The translations under genes and the position numbers were made by a program. The notes beneath the pieces are model-generated. The model was not told the DNA's origin. It was given only the letters and a program-made list of their open reading frames with translations, and searched no databases. 64,000 bases of DNA from Candidatus Methanomethylophilaceae archaeon (GTDB lineage Archaea; Thermoplasmatota; Thermoplasmata; Methanomassiliicoccales; Methanomethylophilaceae): assembly GCA_050950505.1 (NCBI GenBank), contig JBMNHS010000001.1, positions 160,001 to 224,000 of the forward strand. The letters are read 5' to 3'. Position 1 is the stretch's first letter; each line of letters opens with the position of its first letter. Positions 57,701-64,000 of this stretch are shown here, piece by piece.

Positions 57701-59083
57701 GAAGTTGGTCGCATATGTTACATAATCGTCGCCACTCACTCTGTAATTGTACTGAGTGCCGCCGGCGAGACGGTATGTGTAGGTTGCGGTGAACCTTTTT
57801 TCATCCACGACGGGGGATCCGTTATGTTCGAATTCCAAATAGGGTATGTAGTGGTTGAATTTGTAACCGACAAACACATCGGCATCTTTCGGAACCGTAA
57901 TATTGAAGTCATAACCTATGTTAACAGCAACGTTTACGTTAAGATTTCCCGTATTGGTGTTGCTTCCCAGGGCGGGCAGATATCCCTCATTGGTTCTTAC
58001 CGAAGAGGGAACAAGCTTGTAGAATATCGTGCTACCGTAAGGGACGATGATTCTTGTGGCTTGATTACCGTCTATTTCGCCCGAGATTATCGGTGTATGG
58101 TCGCCGAAAGTAACTTCTACGGTGTAATCGACGCCGTTTTTCCAGTTGGCGTTATTGGATTTAACGGTACCGGCAACAACATTCAGTTCTCTGTTGCCTT
58201 CTCTGAGTTCAACTTCCAATTCCCCGAAAGACATTATGCGTGCGGCATCTTTGGGATCTGGACCTTCGACTTTGAGCGTCCATTTTCCATCAGGAACCGG
58301 GAATGTTTTGCTAAGTTTGGAAATAGTGGAAACGAGGAATACTTCATCGGAGTCGTCCGTCAGAGTGAATTTCGTTCCCGCCGTGGATTTGATCAAAATG
58401 AAATTGCCGTCATCGATGACGGATATGTCGCAAGATACGGATTTTTCTCCTACGGTTGCGGTTATCGCGGTTGTTCCTTTGCTTTTGGGAGTGACAAGTC
58501 CGCTTTCATTGATTTCGGCAACGGTTTTTTTGCTTGATTCATACACGACGGTGTCTCCAGCGGAGAATCCGAACTGAAGCTGCACCGGAACGTTGATGTC
58601 CACAGAAATCTTGTAGCCGTCCTCAACTTCGTAGGAAGGAGTGTCGACGGTCACTGTGCAAATTGCCGAAACATCATCATTCAACTTGACGGTGATTATT
58701 GCTTCACCCGCGGAATGTGCTTCCATATGCAACTGCTTGAGTGTGCCCCATTCGATAAAGGCTGTTACAACGCTCGGGTTGCTCGATACCGCAGTAGCGA
58801 CATCAGTGGTATTCGTTGGCGTCACGGTGAAATTGAAAAATGCTTTTTCACCTATATTCAGACTTTTCGAAGAAGTCAGATTTATACCCGTCGCCGGAAT
58901 TTCATCTATTAAGGCACTGTCTGCAAAGATTGTTCCGTCCTGCAGAAAATTGCCGTTTGCGGAGCCGTCGTCAAAATTATCCGACAGTCCCCACACGCCG
59001 GCACCCAATACTGCAAAGGGTCCGGCGATCATCATTAACGCAACCACGGTTGCGAGAAATTTTTCTTTTTTCATTGATGACAT
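54752..59083 (-). CDS. Very large secreted protein (2x Big_2, unknown core, GLUG/beta-helix region)
   Basis: Signal peptide; SSNPSVV and ESSKKTVA Big_2; WTPI..FNGNGH..AGGIVG GLUG repeats; 1443 aa. Confidence 0.8.
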   Translation of the reverse strand: MSSMKKEKFLATVVALMMIAGPFAVLGAGVWGLSDNFDDGSANGNFLQDGTIFADSALIDEIPATGINLTSSKSLNIGEKAFFNFTVTPTNTTDVATAVSSNPSVVTAFIEWGTLKQLHMEAHSAGEAIITVKLNDDVSAICTVTVDTPSYEVEDGYKISVDINVPVQLQFGFSAGDTVVYESSKKTVAEINESGLVTPKSKGTTAITATVGEKSVSCDISVIDDGNFILIKSTAGTKFTLTDDSDEVFLVSTISKLSKTFPVPDGKWTLKVEGPDPKDAARIMSFGELEVELREGNRELNVVAGTVKSNNANWKNGVDYTVEVTFGDHTPIISGEIDGNQATRIIVPYGSTIFYKLVPSSVRTNEGYLPALGSNTNTGNLNVNVAVNIGYDFNITVPKDADVFVGYKFNHYIPYLEFEHNGSPVVDEKRFTATYTYRLAGGTQYNYRVSGDDYVTYATNFTMAKGDMNLAISLEDLGYGSDISKDTIVRDLSGTQSSMGVADVLLNINAEGHLMMDVGDEHILIATKVFQAQHGVTANYFFEPDKYFTVLGMDGKPSDTVSIVFDSTIGHYVVSADSKGTAIVLVTYDGITLGPSGNTPALFFSALWPENTGVFVVTVGDDRPDFETGMKVNESYNGNNNKMSGIYVDSELDVFYYLEDTGGFKYTFEPESGSTVSVLNPIIGERMVDGFTNGVAKDNGDGTFTVTLTEGRNIVSITNGSQTKYQVMTAKPVTYTIENAAGPGIPIKYGDNVTVTIGNLYQPAIKLAAIYNMGCTLLYESEIGTIGKLYSGFGNYGFAGMNSFTVTIPEDWDKDTLTLTRGIINEGGFGDEYGNHRNLDPHVGLPPNFTALTRNAYFGVLPEIVIEGITEAVPFDVSFNVSVDNADIVVTGNGKVMAPEDGVYKLSYGSYDYVVTADGYAMKTGSFSVTNETNEQTVTVDMGEQSSGPYWDGVTREKPIIWNGTYLVYKPSELAWFSANKPVKGTNIMLCQDINLNYKPWTPIDLGNGVYFNGNGHMVSGIYNESTSNYAGLFSVANNGTVIANLSTDGIMLSKNFAGGIVSSITDSEVKNCASYATVFSAKRAGGIVGLSVNSKIHGCTFEGTVEGENAGGICGGGYITEVSYCANKGDVDGINAAGIMGSLSSTAYGGKTYVYASYNLGNITGTAVSGIATNAAIVEGCYTTGLLTCSDISKSAYICSDCVIQSCYFLENTGTDGINKSGTQRTASNMGTMSFTKRFFDSNLYANGTNPEYKVFNRPLIVTYKDSFGNTVAEVTQESSKNVSDPDPRIYERMRILGYVFKGWSDDPLATVSMIPYERITTDVTLFPVYEVSTDEQEYSISLGLNLDGEQLTVKVTVGMGGKNFENIDNPVICVWTEYSDHTFMHVYSDIVLNRGVGSSVLDFSYTDTPVKVYALIYDGMPDFDGGSITYGSTMQEVSVTD

Positions 59084-59186
59084 GTGTTCACCTTGATTTC
59101 CCGGACGGGAAAACCTGACCTTTTTTACAGGTCGGATTTCTCAATATTACTTCGTCCAAGAGATATCCTGTCGATTTTTATGAGAC

Positions 59187-59215
59187 AATTTAAAGAGATG
59201 CGGTATTGGTTGGAT
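59187..59215 (-). promoter_or_regulatory. Promoter with ATCCAACCAAT box upstream of TATA (copy 2)
   Basis: Minus strand ATCCAACCAAT-acc-GCAT-ctc-TTTAAAT. Confidence 0.6.
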
Positions 59216-59352
59216 ACTACTGCCAATTTATTACGCGGTTGTCAACAACAGCAAGCATTCCGGGTTTTTGAATTGGTCATGTCCCTCCCCGTCGGTAATC
59301 GGCGAACCACGCAAACCGCGGATATTTTGAAATCTGGGATGATAATGCCTGG

Positions 59353-59470
59353 AAGTCGTCAGAATAAATAGGGAATTATGCCCAAAAGTCCTAGGAAAAA
59401 GTAGGGGATATCATCAAAAAGTCGTCAGAAAAAGTAGGGGATTGTACCTAAAAGTCCTAAGAAAAAATAG
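59353..59470. repeat. Imperfect 33-bp tandem repeat, about 3.6 copies
   Basis: AAGTC starts at 59353, 59386, 59419 and 59452; core AAGTC(G/C)T..GAAAAAGTAGGG. Confidence 0.85.
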
Positions 59471-59647
59471 TAAAGTATGCGAACTGGCTGTGTTGTACAC
59501 ACATACAGAGAAGAAAAATTAAAACCGCAATCCGATTGACATAACCTGAATTCGGGTTTTCACCTCAACAAACAGTTCCGGAACTCCGAATGTATCGTTG
59601 ACTGTGTATCTATGTGAGGGAACGCGCCCCTCCCACTTAATCTGTTT

Positions 59648-60856
59648 TTATGAATCGTCCATCAACAGCCAATCAATCAAATTCATATGAACGATTCCGT
59701 CGCCCGGTTCAATCATAATCCGGTCTAGCGATAATATCGTCTTCGGATAACTGTCGGATATCATTTTAAGAGAACGGATTTCTCTTTCCGACACGTTCTC
59801 GGAAATCATTGATCTTGTCACCTGATAATATTCCACCCTGCGATTTTTGAACGCAATAAAATCCACTTCCGCATCCCGGAAACTGCCTACCATGACATCA
59901 TATCCTCTTCTGCGCAATTCCAGATAGACGATATTCTCAATCTGCTTTCCCAGGTCATCGCCTTTCCATCCCATCATGGCATTTCTCACACCCAGATCGG
60001 CGGCATAATATTTCTCATTGGAACTAAGTACACGTTTTCCGCGAACATCGTAACGTTCGGCCTTATAGATTATGTAGGCCTCTTCCAGGGAATTGACGTA
60101 ATTCCGAATCATGGGTGATGACACCCCGAGCTGTTTGGATATCGTATGTATATTTGTTATGCTGCCAACGTTAAAAAACAGAAACCGTACAAGACTCAAA
60201 AGAATCCCCATGTTTCGGATCCCGTTTCTCGTAAGGACGTCCTTTACCAATACCGTGTTGTATATCCCTTGCAGTTGTTCCCCGATGCGGTCTTCGTCGG
60301 CGCGGGGGTCGATTGAGGGTAAAGCTCCGTATCTAAGATATGAATCGAATCCGGATTCGGCAGAATTGAATCCCGGATGTAATTTCAAATACTCTTTGAA
60401 CGACAGAGGAAGCATCTTGATCTCCGCATACCGTCCGGAGATGTATGTGGCCAACTCGGAAGAAAGAAGGTATGCGTTGGAACCCGTTATGTAAACATCG
60501 GCATCGTAATCCACCATGAGGGAATTGAGCGTTCTTTCCCATTCCTTCACCCTCTGCACTTCATCCAGCAGAATATACGTGCGTTTGTCTCTCGGAATGC
60601 GTTCGCAGATGTAGGCGTTGAGATCTTTGCTGTCTCTTATGTCTTCGGCATCTCCTGATTCCAGGTTGAGATACAGTATATCATCTGAGTCAACGCCGGA
60701 TTCTTCCAGCATGTTTATGAACTGCATCATCAGCGTGGATTTTCCGCACCTCCGTATTCCTGTTATGACTTTTGCGACGTCGGTACGGTCTTTCCATCCG
60801 CTTAGTTTTTTGAGATATTCTGTCCTCTCCACGGTTCCGTCCGATTTTATCATCAC
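59648..60856 (-). CDS. AAA ATPase, DUF4143 family
   Basis: GIRRCGKST, LLDEVQ, ITGSN, SGRY, KYYAADLG, EVDF..YYQV. Confidence 0.9.
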   Translation of the reverse strand: MMIKSDGTVERTEYLKKLSGWKDRTDVAKVITGIRRCGKSTLMMQFINMLEESGVDSDDILYLNLESGDAEDIRDSKDLNAYICERIPRDKRTYILLDEVQRVKEWERTLNSLMVDYDADVYITGSNAYLLSSELATYISGRYAEIKMLPLSFKEYLKLHPGFNSAESGFDSYLRYGALPSIDPRADEDRIGEQLQGIYNTVLVKDVLTRNGIRNMGILLSLVRFLFFNVGSITNIHTISKQLGVSSPMIRNYVNSLEEAYIIYKAERYDVRGKRVLSSNEKYYAADLGVRNAMMGWKGDDLGKQIENIVYLELRRRGYDVMVGSFRDAEVDFIAFKNRRVEYYQVTRSMISENVSEREIRSLKMISDSYPKTILSLDRIMIEPGDGIVHMNLIDWLLMDDS

Positions 60857-60879
60857 GTATACACCGTATTGCCTCTATA

Positions 60880-60968
60880 AATTTTTAAGTATAGTTCAAA
60901 AATCTGTCAAATATTCAAAAATTTAAATCATACTTAAAAATTCTGCAAGAATTACAGAATTTTGAACC
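60880..60968. repeat. Cluster of direct and inverted TT(C/A)AAAA(A)TT boxes upstream of an ATPase gene
   Basis: Perfect 13-bp IR at 60880-92/60930-42; 14-bp IR with 1 mismatch at 60894-907/60954-67. Confidence 0.6.
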
Positions 60969-61113
60969 GTATCTATCCGATACAATGGGATCTGCGATGT
61001 GGTAAGTCACCGTTTTCAGTTCCTCATCATCCGGTTCTGTAATCGATTCATTATAGGTTTTGCAGAGATCTCCGGGATTGTTCACACGGACTTCAAGGCA
61101 TCAGACAAATTGT

Positions 61114-62379
61114 TCAATCCTTCAAAGCTGTAATTGGGATGACGTATACCCCGTCCTTCCGTCTGTACGCCGCTTTGGACATACCGCAAATTACGCACAT
61201 GAACTCGGGAGAACCTGCCCTGGAAAATGATGAGATGTATCCGCATACTTTCAGCAGATTCTCGGCCGCCTTGTCAATATAATTGAACCCTAATCTGATA
61301 TCGAAAGCCGCCCATTTTCCGTCCCTTAATTCGATTACGGCATCAATCTCGTAGTTTTTCTTGTCACGGTAATGGTACATTTTTCCTTCAAATGTTTCCG
61401 CGTAGATTGTCAGATCGCGCACGCACATGGATTCGAACATGCGTTCGTAAATCCTCAAATCACCGAGAAGAGATTCGGGAGACATATTCGACGCGGCGAT
61501 TGCCAGAGACGGATCGGTGAAATACCTTTTTTCCGTTTTGCCGACTCGTCCCTTGGACCGCAGACCCGGATTGAAAGGTTTCAGATTTTCGATAATATGT
61601 AATCTCGTCAATGCAGCGAGATACGAATCCAGCGTAGGAGCCGATACTCCGGCATCGTCCATGAGATCCTTTTTGGACGTTAACATGCTTTCGTTGCGCG
61701 CCAATGCTTTCAAAACCTTCCACAATTTGCTTTGATTCCTGTCGACATCGTCCGTCTTTCTTAGTTCGTTTCTCACCATGCTTTTCAGATAATCTTTCGG
61801 GATTCCGGACGCGCCCTCGATGGATATGTTCAGACTTCCCGGCCAACCTCCGCGAACGGTCAGTTGAATCAGATGTTTCAAACATACATCGCCTGTGAGA
61901 AGCCCTTCAAAATTTCCATCGAACAAATCTTTGAGAGATACCAGCCCGGACGAATCTTTGGATTCGAACAGGGACATGTGCCTCATTTTCACTGTTGTTA
62001 TACGCCCTACTCCGCTGTGGATTATGTTTTTATCATTCGGAGTCGCGGAGCTTGTCAGTATGAAAAGGCCTTTGCCGCCGATACGGTCGACGTTGTTGCG
62101 CACACCATCCCATAGCTCAGGAACCTCCTGCCACTCATCTATCAGTCGTGGAAATTCGCCTTTAAGAACCAGACCGGGGTTTGTCTGTGCCAGTAATTTG
62201 TTTTGATGCCTCTCGTCGGAATCTGCGATTAGAATCGAACTTTTTGAGTGTTGTTTTCCGGTCCGTGTTTTTCCGCATCCTTTTGGACCTTCGACATGTA
62301 CCGCACCCATATAACGCAATTTATCCGCGAGTATTTTATCCATTATGCGCGGCAGATAACGTGAAGAATCAAGTCCCAT
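61114..62379 (-). CDS. AAA ATPase, DUF4143 family (alternative start 62400)
   Basis: YLPRIMD, GPKGCGKT, LIDEWQ, HSGVGRI, RGGWP, KRYFTDPS, YEIDAVI. Confidence 0.9.
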   Translation of the reverse strand: MGLDSSRYLPRIMDKILADKLRYMGAVHVEGPKGCGKTRTGKQHSKSSILIADSDERHQNKLLAQTNPGLVLKGEFPRLIDEWQEVPELWDGVRNNVDRIGGKGLFILTSSATPNDKNIIHSGVGRITTVKMRHMSLFESKDSSGLVSLKDLFDGNFEGLLTGDVCLKHLIQLTVRGGWPGSLNISIEGASGIPKDYLKSMVRNELRKTDDVDRNQSKLWKVLKALARNESMLTSKKDLMDDAGVSAPTLDSYLAALTRLHIIENLKPFNPGLRSKGRVGKTEKRYFTDPSLAIAASNMSPESLLGDLRIYERMFESMCVRDLTIYAETFEGKMYHYRDKKNYEIDAVIELRDGKWAAFDIRLGFNYIDKAAENLLKVCGYISSFSRAGSPEFMCVICGMSKAAYRRKDGVYVIPITALKD

Positions 62380-62416
62380 GATTGTTCCTTGCTGGTACAT
62401 TATGGTTTATTATATA

Positions 62417-62567
62417 TTTTATATTTGGTACCTGTTTTGTTTTATATTTGGTACCTGTTTTGTTTTATATTTGGTACCTGTTTTGTTTTATATTTGGTAC
62501 CTACCTCATTATATGTTTTGCAGAGGTTTTATTATATGTTTTGCAGAGGTTTCATTATAGGTTTAGC
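62417..62567. repeat. Two adjacent 23-bp tandem repeat arrays
   Basis: TTTTATATTTGGTACCTGTTTTG about 3.7 copies (GGTACC at 62427, 62450, 62473, 62496), then ATTATATGTTTTGCAGAGGTTT(T/C) about 2.6 copies (62508, 62531, 62554). Confidence 0.93.
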
Positions 62568-62630
62568 TTAAACTTTGACACCTGCGAACCGGGCGTAAAC
62601 TGAATTCGTGAAACGGCCTTGGCATATGAG

Positions 62631-63137
62631 TCACCATTCGAAACCGTCCAAGGGATTGCCCTCTCTCATGCACTTCTCCAGATTATCGGCAAGTTCTTCG
62701 GGAAAATCCGCGGCCAATTTCACCATCAAACTTTTGGATTCCCGAAGTGCCGCGGCGACCGCGCGGACTACCGTGTTCGCGTCTTCGATACGATTCAGAA
62801 TCATCAGCTTTTTTACGTCATCCTTAAACTGTTCGATGGAATCCGTTACAAGGTCTGTAGCAATTTCTCCGTTGTCGCAATAAGGATCATCATAATCGTT
62901 TCCGCTGTTCAGTTCCAGGAAGAAATTTTCCTCGCTGATTTCCAATAGAAACAATGCGTCCTCCTTCACGCTGTCAAAATCAACATCTATCTCCGACATG
63001 GCGGATTCCAGCGCTTCGATTATTTTCTCCGCATCCGTAACCTTCCCCATAATCCTGATGGCATTTGCGAGGTTTTCCTCGTCCATAATGGATATCAGAT
63101 CCTCGATTCGTTTGTCGGGATTGGTCTCATTCGGCAT
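62631..63137 (-). CDS. Hypothetical acidic helical protein
   Basis: 168-aa ORF with TTTAAT TATA-like element about 25 nt upstream. Confidence 0.65.
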   Translation of the reverse strand: MPNETNPDKRIEDLISIMDEENLANAIRIMGKVTDAEKIIEALESAMSEIDVDFDSVKEDALFLLEISEENFFLELNSGNDYDDPYCDNGEIATDLVTDSIEQFKDDVKKLMILNRIEDANTVVRAVAAALRESKSLMVKLAADFPEELADNLEKCMREGNPLDGFEW

Positions 63138-63351
63138 GACATGAAATACAGATATCGGATTAAATAATCGTCTGCGAAGGTAACGTCTTCTATGTTTTTT
63201 CGGCAGCCCCCACGGTTCCGTTCAGCGTCTGGTTGACTATGATTCTACGACCGTACGATGTCGGAACCCTTCAATCGGAAGAACACACCGCCCATTGTAT
63301 TTTACCCGTCATGGTATAACCTATACAATACGAAAATTCGAGATTCGGAAC

Positions 63352-64000
63352 TTACAGAAACATCGTCATGTATATCGGAATGTACACAATCTTTCCGTCC
63401 ACTCTGAGATCTTTGGAATGAACCACATACGCAGTTTTTACTCTGGATGAAAACTTCTCCATGAAACGGTCAAGAGATACGTGCCTGCCGGAATTTCCGG
63501 ATTTAGTTTCGATCGGTATGATGTTTTTACCGTCCGCGATTATGAAATCCACTTCCTGCATGTTCGTGGAATTTTCAACGGAAAATTTACTGAACACAAG
63601 TTTGTGTCCTGTGGATACCAGCGTCTGCGCAACCGCGTTCTCGAAAAACATCCCTTTGTTTATATTCATCTTATTTTTCAGAATGCTCCTGTAAATCTCA
63701 TCACGGTCCCCCACGTTCGAATCGAAGGACTAAGTCACCAGCAATCCCGTGTCTGCCATGTATATCTTGAATGTGTGCTCATCAAGATTCAGGTTAAGAG
63801 CCGGACCGGGGTCGGTGTTACGGTAACACACGTTTACCATCTTGGATTCGCTCAGCTATACAATGCTGTCAAAATATTCCCTGGTTTTGGACCCTTTTCT
63901 CATCCGTGAAGGGCTAAAGATCTTCACCTGTTTTGACAGAAATGACGGAATCATGAACAGAATACGTTTGGTTTTGGAACCGTGACCTGTCCGGAACTTG
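63352..64000 (-). CDS. AAA ATPase DUF4143 family, 3' part, with two in-frame TAG codons (pyrrolysine readthrough or pseudogene)
   Basis: Continuous frame ..YFDSIV*LSESKMVN..FKIYMADTGLLVT*SFDS..GMFFENAVAQ..EVDF..PIETKSG; TAGs at 63856-58 and 63730-32. Confidence 0.8.

Noticed and set aside
59084-59350. Canonical cobalamin riboswitch upstream of the surface island
   Set aside because: No GGGAA..GGTG.AA.TCC / GCCACTG / B12-box pattern; only two short hairpins
59353-59470. 33-bp and 23-bp repeats as a CRISPR array
   Set aside because: No unique spacer-length sequences between units, the repeats are contiguous, and there are no cas genes in the window
62378-62603. Small repetitive plus-strand ORFs (60-73 aa)
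   Set aside because: By-products of the 23-bp tandem repeats, open in all three frames
60980-63300. 10-bp inverted repeat ATACAATGGG/CCCATTGTAT as transposon ends
   Set aside because: Short enough to arise by chance; no transposase or target-site duplication seen

Overview
Archaeal chromosomal window, most consistent with a Methanomassiliicoccales (Thermoplasmata) methanogen. This is inferred from archaeal r-proteins, MptA, RaSEA, NAC, HypC, a bacterial-type AspRS and no TAG stop codon among the genes checked, which fits pyrrolysine coding. 1-39 kb is mostly housekeeping: pheS, trpS, the S10/spc superoperon (rpl3 to secY, DUF106, cmk, truB), tRNA-iMet, gatCAB/aspS, AlaX, nac and hypC. 38.6-59.1 kb is an accessory minus-strand block: two multi-zinc-ribbon/HTH proteins, a BtuCDF-like ABC transporter and seven secreted or surface proteins. 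Several of these carry DUF4430/transcobalamin-like domains, so the block looks like a corrinoid-scavenging surface system, and two of its promoters share a motif. 59.3-64 kb is an array of AAA-DUF4143 ATPases with iteron-like 23-bp and 33-bp repeats; one ATPase has two in-frame amber codons. Other notable points are a GatA with a degenerate catalytic triad and a structured leader ahead of rpl3. All family assignments come from motif recognition, not database searches.
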